In this document: positions 13,018-26,178 of the stretch, in pieces
How positions within the stretch are numbered: the first letter of the stretch is position 1
Layout of the letters: each line of letters opens with the position of its first letter
Origin: Malacoraja senta
Lineage: Eukaryota
Assembly: GCA_038087875.1 (NCBI GenBank)
Contig: CM075988.1
Span: 5,952,001 to 6,016,000 of the forward strand
Length of the DNA stretch: 64,000 nucleotides
Reading direction: 5' to 3'
Notes under the pieces: model-generated
Databases searched by the model: none
What the model saw: the letters and a program-made list of their open reading frames with translations, nothing else
What the model was told of the DNA's origin: nothing
Made by a program: the position numbers and the translations under genes

Positions 13018-14095
13018 GGTGGCATGGTGGCGAGGTGGCACGGTGGCGAGGTGGCATGGTGGCGAGGTGGCATGGTGGCATGGTGGCGAGGTGGCATGGT
13101 GGCGAGGTGGCGAGGTGGCACGGTGGCGAGGTGGCACGGTGGTGAGGTGGCACGGTGGCATGGTGGCGAGGTGGCACGGTGGTGAGGTAGCGAGGTGGCA
13201 TGGTGGCGAGGTGGCACGGTGGCGAGGTGGCATGGTGGCGAGGTGGCATGGTGGCGAGGTGGCATGGTGGCATGGTGGCGATGTGGCATGGTGGTGAGGT
13301 GGCGAGGTGGCACGGTGGCGAGGTGGCACGGTGGCATGGTGGCGAGGTGGCATGGTGGTGAGGTGGCATGGTGGCATGGTGGCATGGTGGCGAGGTGGCA
13401 TGGTGGCATGGTGGCGAGGTGGCATGGTGGCGAGGTGGCGAGGTGGCACGGTGGCGAGGTGGCACGGTGGCGAGGTGGCACGGTGGCGAGGTGGCATGGT
13501 GGCGAGGTGGCATGGTGGAGAGGTGGCATGGTGGCGAGGTGGCACGGTGGCGAGGTGGCACGGTGGCGAGGTGGCACGGTGGCGAGGTGGCATGGTGGCG
13601 AGGTGGCATGGTGGCATGGTGGCGATGTGGCATGGTGGCGAGGTGGCGAGGTGGCACGGTGGCGAGGTGGCACGGTGGCATGGTGGCGAGGTGGCATGTG
13701 GCACGGTGGCATGGTGGCGAGGTGGCATGGTGGCATGGTGGCGATGTGGCATGGTGGCGAGGTGGCGAGGTGGCACGGTGGCGAGGTGGCACGGTGGCAT
13801 GGTGGCGAGGTGGCATGGTGGTGAGGTGGCATGGTGGCATGGTGCATGGTGGCGAGGTGGCATGGTGGCATGGTGGCGAGGTGGCATGGTGGCGAGGTGG
13901 CGAGGTGGCACGGTGGCGAGGTGGCACGGTGGCGAGGTGGCACGGTGGCGAGGTGGCATGGTGGCGAGGTGGCATGGTGGAGAGGTGGCATGGTGGCGAG
14001 GTGGCACGGTGGCGAGGTGGCACGGTGGCGAGGTGGGCCACGGTGGCGAGGTGGCATGGTGGCGAGGTGGCATGGTGGAGAGGTGGCACGGTGGC
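13018..14095 (+). repeat. ~1.08-kb G-rich minisatellite of 8-bp units GGTGGCAT/GGTGGCAC/GGTGGCGA
   Basis: Directly visible; explains all the long low-complexity ORFs here. Confidence 0.97.
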
Positions 14096-14139
14096 GCGGC
14101 AGGTAGGGCTGCTGCCTCACAGCATCAAAGACTCGTTTT

Positions 14140-14572
14140 CGATATATGATGAAAGAATGGGCCGATTGGGCTTGTATTCATTGGAAGTTAGAAGGATGAG
14201 AGGATATCTTATAGAAGCATATAAAATTCTTAAACAATTGGACAGGCTTGATGCAGGAAAAATGTTCCTGATGTTGGGGGAGTCCGGAGTCCCAGTTTAA
14301 GAACATTTAGGACGGAGATGAGGAAAACCTTTTTCACCCAGAGTTGTGAATCTGTGGAATTCTCTGCCACAGTAGGCAGTGGAGGCCAATTCAATGGATG
14401 TTTTCAAGAGAAAGTTAGATTTAGCTCTTAGGGCTAAAGGAATCAAGGGATATGGGGAAAAGCAGGAACGGGATACTGATTTTAGATGATCAGCCATGAT
14501 CATATTGAATGGCGGTGCTGGCTCGAAGGGACGAATGGCCAAATCCTGCACCTATTTTTGTATGTTTCTATG
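14140..14572 (+). mobile_element. CR1 LINE 3' fragment
   Basis: YDERMGRLGLYSLEVRRMRG peptide and CR1 3' tail ending atgtttctatg. Confidence 0.9.
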
Positions 14573-16813
14573 ACCCCACACACCAACACTACCCTATACA
14601 CCAACACTACCCCACACACCAACACTACCCTATACACCAACACTACCCCACACACCAACACTACCCTATACACCAGGGACAAGTTACAACTTTACTGAAG
14701 CCAAATTAACCGACAAACCTGTATGTCTCTGGAGTGTGGGAGGAAACCAGAGCACCCGGAGAAAACCCACGCAGTCACGGGGAAAACGTACAAACTCCGT
14801 ACCGACAGCAGCCGTAGACAGGATCGAACTCTGGTCTCTGGCGCCGTGAGACAGCAACTCTACCGCTGCCCCACCGTGCTGCCCATCACATCAGTAAACA
14901 TCAGTAAATGAGTGTAAGAACCAAACGTGGCAGCAGGTCACTCAGCAACCCAGTACTACTTAAGTTAGGATTAGGTTTATTTTTGTCACTGTATCGAGGT
15001 ACAGTGACCCACCAAAGACCCCGCTTAGATCCCGACTACGGTGCTGTCTGTAAGGAGTTTGTACGTTCTCCCCGTGACCGCATGGTTTTCTCCGGATGTT
15101 CCAGTTTCCTCCCACACTCTAAAGACCCACAGGTTTGTAGGCTAATTGGCTTTGGTAAAGATTGTCAATGTCCCTAGTGTGTAGGATAATGCTAGTGTAC
15201 GGGTTAGTGTCGACTCGCTGGGCTGAAGGCATGTTTCCATGTTGTATCTCTAAACTAAACTGAACTACAATAGGTAGATTGAAGTGAAGATACAGAATGC
15301 AGTATGTAGTTCTCAGCACTGTAGCGCACTAGTTCCTGATCCAACAAATTAAGCGTCAGGATATCATATCCAAACAAATTTCAACCAGACCCGCACTTAG
15401 TAATCACCACATCTCTCCTCCAATGTGTCCCAGAAATGAGTGACAATGGGCAAAGGACTGGCAATGCATTCCAGGGACAATACACAACATTTGCACAATG
15501 TGTTCCAAGCCCAGCTATCTTGGTGTCAATTTGGGACTCAATGTTCCAGCTGATTTATCACTGAGGAGTACAGAAAATCACCATGTATTTCCAAGTATGT
15601 GCACCATTTTTAAGGGTTGTTCATTTTCTGCGTCTTATTGGCCATTGGTAAGCCAGTGTTCATTGTCCATATCCACCTGCCCTCCAGAAGCTACTAATAA
15701 GCCCACCTGCTTCAAATGCTGCTGTCCTTCCAGTGATGGTATTTGTCAGACGTTAGACATTACACGTTAGAGATACAGCGTGAAAGAGGACCTTCGACCC
15801 ACTGAATCCGTGCCGACCAACGATTTACAGAATTTACAGAAGCCTATTAACCTACAAATTTGTACGTCTTTGGAGTGTGGGAGGAAACCGGAGCACCCGG
15901 ATAATGCCCACGAGTTCCGAGGGAGAACGTATAAACTCCGTACAGACAGCACCCGTCATCAGGGTCGAACCCGGGGTTTAGTCGCAGTAAGGCAGCAACT
16001 CTACCGCTGCGCCACTGTGCGGCAATTTTTAGCTTTGCGATACAACTTGGAAATTGGCAACTTCGGCCCACCGTGTCCATGACGACCAGCACAGAGTCCA
16101 CGCCAGCACCCTATGGTTCTGTTGGATAGGGAGCTGCAGAATTGGAATCCATCCACAAGGCAGTACCGGATCGTAAGTTCATAAGACATAGCAGCAGAGT
16201 TAGGCCATTCAGCCCATCGAGTCAGCTCTGACCATGGCTGATATTTCCCTCTCAACCTCGTTGTCCTGCCTTCTCCCTGTAACTTTTGACGCCCTTACTA
16301 ATCAAGAATCTATCCATCTCCACTTTATAAATACCCAATGACTGGGCCTCCACAGCCGTTTGTGGCAAATTCCAAAGATGTACAGGTTTGTAGATTAATT
16401 GGCTTTGTTAAGAATTGTAAAATTGTCCCTAGTGTGTAGGAGAGTGCTAGTGTACGAGGTGGTCGCTGGTCAGCGGCGACTCGGTGGAACGAAGTGCCTG
16501 TTTCTGTGCTGTCTCTAAAGTAAAGTAACATGACATTCTCCAACATTGCTGCCAGCCTCAATGTGATCCCACTACGAGGCACACCTACCCTTCCCTGCTC
16601 CTTTCCTGGTCTCTACAGAGACTCCCCACTCTGTCACTCCCTAATTGCAGATCCCTCCTCAAGCACACCCACCCCTTCCCAGGCACATTCCCCAGGAACC
16701 TCCATCCCTACTCCTCTCCCTCATCTCCATTGGGACCTATAACAGCTCTTCCAGATGGTCTTCTGCAAGACTGGAGTAGAGAGGAGACAGTGGGTAGAAA
16801 GAGGTGATTGTAA

Positions 16814-17106
16814 AGGGCCTGTCCCACTTACGTGACTTTTTCGGCGACTGCCGGCACCCGTCATAGGTCGTTGCAGGTCGCCGAAAATGTTCAACGTTGA
16901 AAATCCAGCGGCGACCAGAACAAGGTACGACTCTTTGGGCGACTACTCGCGACCATACAGGCTTCACCCCCCGTGACATGTCGCCAGGGTGTTGCCTGTA
17001 TGGTCGTGAGTAGTCTCCTAGTCACCAAAGAGTCGTAGCGTCTTTCTGGTTGCCGCTGAATTTTCTGGCAGTCGTCGAAAAAGTGGCGTAAGTGGGACAG
17101 GCCCCT
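16814..17106. mobile_element. PIF/Harbinger-like MITE
   Basis: TIR gggcctgtcccacttacg / cgtaagtgggacaggccc, TWA-type flanks. Confidence 0.8.
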
Positions 17107-17107
17107 T

Positions 17108-17650
17108 TAATAATAATAATAATAATAATACATTTTATTTGTATAGCGCTTTTCAAGGACTCAAAGTCGCTTTACATGGAGAGTCAAGAACAAAACAAAA
17201 TAGAGCAGTAAGACAGAGATGCAAAGGGAGGGGGACATGGGACTAAGGGTATGCAGAGGTGAAGAGATGGGTCTTGAGGCGGGACTGGAGGATGGTGAGG
17301 GACTCAGAATTTCGAATCAATTGTGGGAGGGATTTCCAGAGCCTGGGAGCTGCCCTGGAGAAGGCTCTGTTTCCAAAAGTGCAGAGGTTGGATTTCGGAA
17401 TGGAGAGGAGACCGGCTGATGTGGATCTGAGGGACCGTGAGGGTTGGTAGGGGGAGAGGAGGTCAGTGAGATAAGGGGGGGCCAAGTGGTTGAGGGCTTT
17501 GTAGGTGAGGACCAGGATTTTGTCGATGATCCGGTGGGAATGGGAAGCCAGTGAAGTTCTTTGAGAACTGGGGTGATGTGGTGCCAGGATTTGGTGTGGG
17601 TAATGAGTCGGGCGCTGCATTCTGGACCAGTTGGAGTCGGTTGATGTTGC
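17108..17650 (-). mobile_element. L2-clade LINE 3' fragment
   Basis: KILVLTYKALNHLAPPYLTDLL..YQPSRSLRS...RAFSRAAPRLW..LP...KTHLF; tail tgtaaagcgactttgag...aaaagcgctatacaataaa(tat)n. Confidence 0.92.
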
Positions 17651-18257
17651 TGGAATTAATGCTTTAGGGATGGGCAGGCACGTTTACATGCACCTCCTCC
17701 AACCTCCTCTGTTGTATTCGGTGCTCTCGATAGTGCCACCTCCACATCAGTGAGACCAAGCGTAGACTAGGCGACACTTGCACCCTGTGTGCCAGGGATG
17801 GCAAGTCAATTCAGTGAATACAGGGGGCTAGAATAAGGCAGAGGGAGGAAGGTCAGAGTCTTTGCTGGCGGGTGGGTATGTCACAGGGAGAGAGTGTATT
17901 TGACTCCACCACCATTCCTGGCATGGCGTTCCAGGCCCCCACCACCTCTGTGTAAAAATCTCACACCAGATATCTTCCATAAGGCCGTCACTTGTGGCTG
18001 TTTGTCTCTCCCTGCGCAATTTGCAATTCACTTCCGCGACAGGGCGCAGACAATATTTTGCAGCTATTTCAAATGCGGATGTTACTGGGCAGAGACAGGA
18101 AATGGTTGAGACTGTGAAACGCGTTCAGCTCCTTGTTCCCACTCAGACTCAGCGTTAGTTTAGGCTTGAAGGAGCTGCCGCTGGATGTTGCGATGGTCAG
18201 TCTGTGTCTCCTGTAACTGCAGCAACAGAACCCGATAGCAAGCCACGTGTTCTCAAG

Positions 18258-18282
18258 ATGGCTTTGGAGGGGCAGGCTCTGG
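18258..18282 (+). CDS. Probable first coding exon of the ITPRID/TESPA1-like gene (MALEGQAL)
   Basis: Kozak aagATGG, phase-1 donor GTAAGT, splices in frame to the exon at 22648. Confidence 0.55.
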
Positions 18283-18628
18283 GTAAGTGATGCACATTGA
18301 GTGAATTACGAATCATCGGCAAGAGACGAGGAGGTCTACATTGCTCACACTACCATCTAACTATTACAGTCTAAGATAGACCAGGTCCACAAGGTTGAAA
18401 GGAATGCAGTCTGAAGAAGGGTCTCGACCCGAAACGTTACCTATTCTTTTTCTCTGGAAATGCTGCCTGTCCCGCTGAGTTACTCCAGCTCTTTGAGTCT
18501 TTCTTCAGTTTAAACCAACATCTACAGTTCTTTCCTCCACTAGGTTAAACTATATAAAATACATGATTATTAAACATGAGAAGCTTTGGACGGCTTTATT
18601 GGTTTAGAGAAGGGCATTAATCAAACTA

Positions 18629-18958
18629 TGGACCTGTCCCACTTGGCGATTTTTTAGGCAACTGCCGGCGACTGTCATAGTTGTAGCTGGTCGCCGAAAA
18701 ACCGGCAACCCCCCCTACGTCATCCTGGCGACAACCTGCGCAGCACCTACGTCAGGAGTAGTCAAGCTACGCTCATTGGCATCAAACCCACTGTCGTCGA
18801 AACATTTTCAACATGTTGGAAATTTAGCGGCGACCAGAAAGATGTTTCGACTTTTTAGCGCGACTGAGGAGACGACTCCCGGCGACCACCGGTCAACATG
18901 TGGCGGCAAACTAGTCGCCTGTAGTTGCCTAAAATAACGCCTAAGTGGGACAGGCCCA
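18629..18958. mobile_element. PIF/Harbinger-like MITE
   Basis: TIR cctgtcccactt / aagtgggacagg. Confidence 0.75.
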
Positions 18959-19885
18959 TAAAGAGGACGGAAACCTCCAACCCACACGTTCGAATGAAAG
19001 AGAGCTTGTCATTGTTCATACAAGCAGCGTTCACGGGCAACGTAGCTGAACTGGGGACACAAGGAACTGCAGATGCTGCATCTTGGCTAAAACACAAAAG
19101 TGCTGGAGTAACAGCGGGTCAGGCAGCATCTGGGGAGGGAATGGACAGGCGACAATTCGGGTTGGCAACCTTCTTCAAACGTGGCTTCAGATAGATGAAC
19201 CGATGACACAAATGGAAATAGATAGGTACAATGTAATGCCCAGGACAGAGATATGGTTGCAAAATGATTAAGGTTGGGAATTAAATGTTCCAGGATGTTG
19301 AACTACGAGGTAGACAACATGGAAAATGAAGAGATCTATCCCTGCCAACAAGTGTGAGATCAAGGCGACAGAGAGAAAGGATCACAGCTTGGGAATCAAG
19401 AAGCAGAATCCGTTTGGGTAGAGCTAAGAAAGAACAAGTGACAAGGAACATTGGTTCATAAGTTGAAAGGTTATTAGTTTAGTTTAGTTCAGAGATACAG
19501 CGCGGAAACAGGCCCTTTGGCCCACCGAGTCCAGGCTGACCAGTGATCCCCACACATTAATACTATCCTACTAGGGACAATTTACAATTACACCAAGCCA
19601 ATTTGTCTTTGGAGTGTGGGAGGAAACTGCAGCACTTGAAGAAAACCTACACGGTCACAGGGAGAACGTACAAACTCCGTATGAGCAAGCAGCTGTAGTT
19701 GGGATCGAACCCGGGTCTCTGGCGCTGTAAGGTAGCAACTCTACCGCTGCGCACCATGCCACTGTTAAGTTATAGGAACACAATTAGGCCATTCAGCCCA
19801 TCAAGACTTCCCCATCATTTGATCATGGCTGAACTTTCTTTCCCTCTTCTCCTGCTTCCCCCATAACCACTGATACCCTTATTAA

Positions 19886-20184
19886 AGGGCCTGTCCCACT
19901 GTACGAGGTAATTCAAGAGCTCTCCAAGTGTAAAAAAAAACCAACTCGTGGTAAGTACGTAGAATGTACGTAGCGGCTACGTCGGAGCTCGTGGATGTCT
20001 CGTAGGGCTCCTAATGCTAACGCAGGTACTCGGGAAACGCGGTAACCCGTGAAGTCTTTTCAGCACTGTGAAAAATGTCCATGAGAGCCCGAGTACCTAC
20101 GGACGGCTATTACCGTAATTCTCCGAGTTTGAATCAGGGGAACTCGGGAGAACTCTTGAATTACTTGTACAGTGGACAGGCCCT
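19886..20184. mobile_element. PIF/Harbinger-like MITE inserted in a CR1 tail
   Basis: Long imperfect TIR agggcctgtcccactgtacgaggtaattcaagag / ctcttgaattacttgtacagtggacaggccct. Confidence 0.8.
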
Positions 20185-20904
20185 TCATGAAGAATCTGTC
20201 AATGTCCACCTTAAAAATATCCATTGACTTGGCCTCCACAATGAATTTCACAGATTCATCACCCTCTGACTAAAGAAATTCCTCCTCGTCTCCTTTCAAA
20301 AGGAACGTCCTTTTATTCTGAGGCTATGGCAGCATTGCCGGTTGTCCACAGTAACGGCAGTGGTAATGTTGGGGATAGTACAGTGAAGATGCATGATGCT
20401 GCTCAAACTATTACAGAGTGGACCGACACATTCAGCTCACATGATCATAATCTTGGAGGAGTTTAGCCCAGTAAACATTCATTGGGTAGAGAGCCACGAC
20501 TCTGTATAATTTAAAATAGAGCTGATAAAATCTACTGTGCTCAAACTAGTATAGCGCAGAGATAAACTATTCCTCTCAAAGGAGATATAACATAGAACAT
20601 GGAACAGTCCAGCATTCTCTTCAGCCCACAATGTCCGTAGGGGACATGATGCCAAGATATATTAATCTATGATCCATAACCCTCCATTCCCTGCACATCA
20701 TGTGCCTGTCTAAATGCCACTTAAATGCCACTCTCGTATCAGGGGGCAGCTAAGCGGAGGTGGTGAGCGACAGAGACGGAGGAGAAGGCAAGGGAGAAGA
20801 GGGAGAGCGTCAGGGAAAGGTGGGAGAGGGCAGGGCGGGAGAGAATGTGGAAAGAGCAGCAAAAAGAGAGAACAGCAGGGGGAGCAGTTGAGCAAGGTGG
20901 GGGG

Positions 20905-21074
20905 GGGGGAGAGAGAGAGAGAAGGGGATGGTGAAGAGAGGATGATGACTATCAGAGAGATGGGAGAGGAGGAGAGAGGAGAGAGGGAGAGAGGGAGAGA
21001 GGGAGAGAGGGAGAGAGGGAGAGGAGGGAGGAGAGGGAGAGAGAGGGGGAGAGAGAGGGAGAGAGAGGGAGAGA

Positions 21075-21164
<90 letters not shown>

Positions 21165-21201
21165 GGAGAGAGAGAGAGAGGGAGAGAGGGAGAGAGGGAG
21201 A

Positions 21202-21281
<80 letters not shown>
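20905..21281. repeat. (GA)n polypurine microsatellite
   Basis: Directly visible. Confidence 0.97.
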
Positions 21282-21283
<2 letters not shown>

Positions 21284-21894
21284 TAACTACTGGGAAATGG
21301 GAGATCAGCAGGTGCAGGTGGATGAAGTGCGGAGGGAAAGGCAGAGGGAGGAAGACAGGGTTACAGAATACTGGCTGCATCAATAATGAAGATCATGGCT
21401 ACACGGTTTTCATGCCCAATCCCCAGGTACGCCTGATTCCTCTTGTGTGGAGAATTCCATTGGATATTCGAAGATGCCACACAAAATGCTGGAGTAACTG
21501 AGCGGGACAGGCAGCATCTCTGGAGAAAAGGAATAGGTGACATTCAGGTTGAGACCCTTCTTCAGACTAAGAGTCTCAGTCTGAAGAAGGGTTTTGGCCC
21601 GAAAACGTTGACTTTTCCCTTCGCTCCATAGATGCTGCCTCACCCGCCGAGTTTCTCCAGCATTCTGTCTACCATCATTGGATATTCTTTTGGAATACAA
21701 TCCATGACAATACTTCCATAGCCATCCAAGGGAGAGGATTCCAAGCACTCTCTACTCTGTGTGAGGAAACTCCTCCTCACTTCATCAGTGGCCGACCCGA
21801 GACTGATTTCGACCCTGCTTTCAGACCCTGGCCCAGGGGGAATATCTTCCACGTTCAGCTGCAAAAGAATGGTTGATGTTTCAGACCTGTAGGA

Positions 21895-22372
<478 letters not shown>

Positions 22373-22647
22373 GAAAAAGCATCTTCTAAGGGCAGCAGAT
22401 AAAGAGAGCCAAGTGCAGAACAGACAAACGAGAGTTTGGTGCAAGAGAGTACCAGAGGATAAGCAGCAGAGAGAAAGTGAGGTGGAGCTGGAAGAGGGGG
22501 GATGAGCAGTGAAGAGAGGGAACATAGCAGAGAGAGAGAGTTAGTCATTCAGTTGGAATACACTGGGCATTCTGAGGTTACAACGGAATGTTGTGCTATT
22601 TCATTGTCGCTCCCTTGCCCAATCCTTGAACTCGGTTTACTTTGCAG

Positions 22648-22790
22648 TGGGTGACCAGATGGAGGGCTCCTCCCCACAAACCCCGTCCACTTTGGAGAGA
22701 GGCATCTCCAGAAAGCGCCAGGCTGGGCCCAGAGCAGAGGGCAACGGCAGAATGTGGAAGAGAGCCTCACGTTTCCAAGCAACGGCCCAG
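22648..22790 (+). CDS. N-terminal exon of the ITPRID/TESPA1-like gene; probable 1-bp deletion near 22722
   Basis: tttgcAG acceptor and GTAAGC donor. Adding one base gives RKRQAWAQSR, resembling the KRxAW motif I recall at the N-termini of TESPA1 and ITPRID2. Confidence 0.65.
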
Positions 22791-23751
22791 GTAAGCACAG
22801 GGCTGGTCCGCTGCCTGGTCCATCGGCCCTTTCAGCAGCACTAGTGATCACGGACTGACATCCATTTTACATGTAGATACATTGCGGACGTTGATTTACA
22901 AAATACGACACACACAGTGCTGGAGTAACTCAGCGGGTCAGGCAGCATCTGTGGAGGACGTGGATAGGTGACGTTTCAGGTCGGAACCCTGTTCATATTT
23001 TAAAATATTTCATAAAAAGGAGCTGCAGATGCTGTTTTATGCTAAAGGTTAACTCAAAATGCTGGAGTAACTCAGTGGGTAAGGCAGCATCCCTGGAGAA
23101 CATAGAGAGATGATGTTTTGAGTCGGGACCCTTCTTCAGACTGACCAGTGTGGAGAAGTGTCCCAACTTGAAATGCCATTCACACACCCATGTTCTACAG
23201 AGACACTGCCTGACCCGCTGAGGTGCTCCAGCACTTTGTGTATATTTTGTAGACTTTTGGATTTGCTTTTAATGGTCCTGGTGAAACTTAAGCCATTCTG
23301 ATTCTCCTGGTGCTGTCTGTGGGGAATTCTGCCTTTTTGACCCTGGTTTGATAAGCTGTCATCTGACAGTGGGAAGGGTGTGATGCTCCGAAGTCCAAGT
23401 TGTTCTCGTCCTTCCAAGTGACGGAGGTGGCATATCTGGGAGATGCTGTGAAAAAAACACTCAGTGAATGAACACAGCGGATTTTGTAGATAGCACACAC
23501 CAAAGCTTGTGAAAGAATTTTGATATGTTTCGTTGTTCATCCCTCGTACTCTGGAGAGAGGTGCAGAGGAGGTTGACCAGTATGATGCCTGGATTAGGGA
23601 GTATTAGCTACAGGGAGAGGTTGTACAGACGGATAGTTTTCCTCTGGAATGCCGGAGTTTGTGGGGAAATCTGAGAGAAGTGTGTAATATTATAGGGGGG
23701 AAGGAAAAAAAGCTGGACAAGGAGTGAGGAAGGACAAAGCTTGGCAGGTAA

Positions 23752-23986
23752 AGGCCTGTCCCACTTGGCCGTCATTTGCGCGTCATGCAGATGGCACACA
23801 AAGATTTTGTACATCACAAAATCCTGCGACACCGCGCGTCACTGCCTATGTCATCGCACATCATGCGCGCTTAATGCGCACCATGCACGCATCACGTGCG
23901 TGTCACAACACGTGCGTCGTGCATCGTGACGCGTAAATGATGTCGCGTAAATTACGCGCAAATGACGGCCAAGTGGGAACACGGCC
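23752..23986. mobile_element. PIF/Harbinger-like MITE, CpG-rich and nearly palindromic
   Basis: cccacttggccgtcatttgcgcgt / acgcgcaaatgacggccaagtggg. Confidence 0.75.
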
Positions 23987-25518
23987 GAGGGTTTTGTTTA
24001 GATAAGCAGACAGTTGGAAGCAAAGATACTAGAGCAAAGGCCAGAGAAAAGGACAGAAGGGTTTAAAGGGTTTAAAGAGTTGTGAAGCCTGAGGAAAGAA
24101 GAAAGTGGGGCGGTGGGGAGGAGGGTGGAGGGAGAAATTGGTGGGAGTCCAGGTGAGACACAGGAAAGGAGGGGGGGGGGAGGAGACAGGGGGAAATAAG
24201 AGTGGGGATGGGTTTGGGGTGGGGGTGGTGAGACACCTAAATTACCTACAGTCATTTTTACAAGTGAAATGAGTCAACAGAGAAGTTGTTGAGGATACTG
24301 ACCCAGTGTGTGGCTTTATGGGCTGTGATTACTGTGGGAAAAATAGCCGCAGCTAAACGTGGCAGCGGAACTATCAGAAAGCTCACCACTTCCCATATGT
24401 GGCAGTGTTTTCCCGCTTGTGCCTCGCACTTTCTCCATGGAGCCACAATTGGCAGCGCGTAGCACATAACGTTGGCTTAATGTTCCAGTATAGTTGCTGA
24501 TGAAGTTCTAGACAATAGTCTCCACAGGAATGCAAATCCGTCCCCAGTTCACCAAGGAAGTCAAGGATGGTTTAGTTTAGCTTAGAGTCCTTTGGCCCAA
24601 CAAGTCTGTGGCCAACCAGCAATCCCCCATACACTAACCCTATCCCAACCACAAGAGGGACAATTTAAAATTATACCAAACCAATTAACCAACAAACCTG
24701 TACGTCTTTGGAGTGGGAGGAAACCAGAGATCCCAGAGAAAAACTCATACAGGTCACGATGAGAGCGTACAGACTGACAGCACCCAAAGTCAGAATCGAA
24801 CCTGGATATCTAGTGCTGCGTCACCGTGCCAACCCAGAGAGAATTGAAGAGAAACCAGGCTGGGAATTGGACCAATTCCAAAGAGGAGCAAAATATAACC
24901 AAGATAATCAATGATAAGGAAGAAAGAAGAATATTAAATTAGCTATTAGAATAAAAAGCTAATTATAACCATTTCTAAATGAAAAACTGAAAAGAATAGA
25001 AATATTATTCTTGCTTCCTTGGAAGATGTGGCATGGATATTCAAAGGGGGAATAATGAAATGGGAAATAAAGGCATTAAATGAAGATATTGCACTTATCT
25101 TCACAATGACCACTTAAAAAGATATTATAAACATACTGCACATGAGGGAGTATGAAAAAAGGTGGCAAGGGGTGGAAGGAACAATGATTATCACCAGGAT
25201 AAAGCACCAGGCAAACTACTGTAACTGGACTAAAGACTTTGGAGTGTAGGAGGAAACGAGCACCTGGACCAAAAGGACAGGGGCAGCACGGTGGCACAGT
25301 GGAGTTGCTGCCTCACTGTGGCAGAGACCTGGGTTCCATCCTGCCTGTATGGTGTTTGTACGTTCTCCCTGTGACCATGTGTGTTTTCTCCGGCTGCTCC
25401 AGGTTCCAGGTTTGTATGTTAATTGGCTTCAGTAAATTTGTAAAATGTCCCTAGTGTGTAGGATAGTGTTAGTGTACTGGGTGTTCAGTGGTTGTCACGC
25501 TCGGTGGGACGAAGGGCC

Positions 25519-26178
25519 AAAAGAAAGCAAATGGCATGTTGACCTTCATTGCGAGAGGATTTGAGTATAGGAGCAAGGAGGTCCAACTGCAGTTGTACAG
25601 GGCCCTGGTGACACCACACCTGGAGTATTGTGTGCAGTTTTGGTCTCCTAATTTGAGGAAGGATATTCTTGTTATTGAGGGAGTGCAGTGTAGGTTCACC
25701 AGATTAATTCCCGGTATGGCGGGACTGACATATGATGAAAGAATGGGTCGACTGGGCTTGCATTCACTGGAATTTAGAAGGATGAGAGGAGATCTTTTAG
25801 AAGCATAAAATTCTTAAGGGATTGGACAGGCTAGATGCAGGAAAATGTTCCCCATGTTGGGGGAGTCCAGAACCAGGGGTCACATTTTAAGAATAAGGGG
25901 TAGGCCACATAGGACTGAGATGAGGAAAAACTTCTTCACCCAGACAGTTGTGAATCTGTGGAATTCTCTGCCACGAAAGGCAGTGGAGGCCAATTCACTG
26001 GATGATTTGAAAGGAGAGTTAGATTTAGCTCTTGGGGCTAACGGAATCAAGGGATATGGGGAAAAAGCAGGAACGGGGTACTGATTTTGGATGATCAGCC
26101 ATGATCATATTGAATGGCGGTGTTGGCTCGAAGGGCGAATGGCCTACTCCTGCACCTATTTGCTATGTTTCTATGTTT
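25519..26178 (+). mobile_element. CR1 LINE 3' fragment inserted in a SINE tail
   Basis: KKANGML..IARGFEYRSKEV.LQLYRALV.PHLEYCVQFWSP; CR1 tail. Confidence 0.93.

Larger units (their letters stand above)
16520..17800 (+). mobile_element. Degraded Penelope-like fragment interrupted by a MITE and an L2 fragment
   Basis: 17660-17780 reads FTCTSSNL..CIRCSR...ETKRRLGD (GIY-YIG region); 16520-16760 resembles the upstream linker. Confidence 0.55.

Noticed and set aside
12882..14300. Long ORFs (200-412 aa) on both strands
   Set aside because: Artefacts of a stop-free 8-bp minisatellite; open in many frames.
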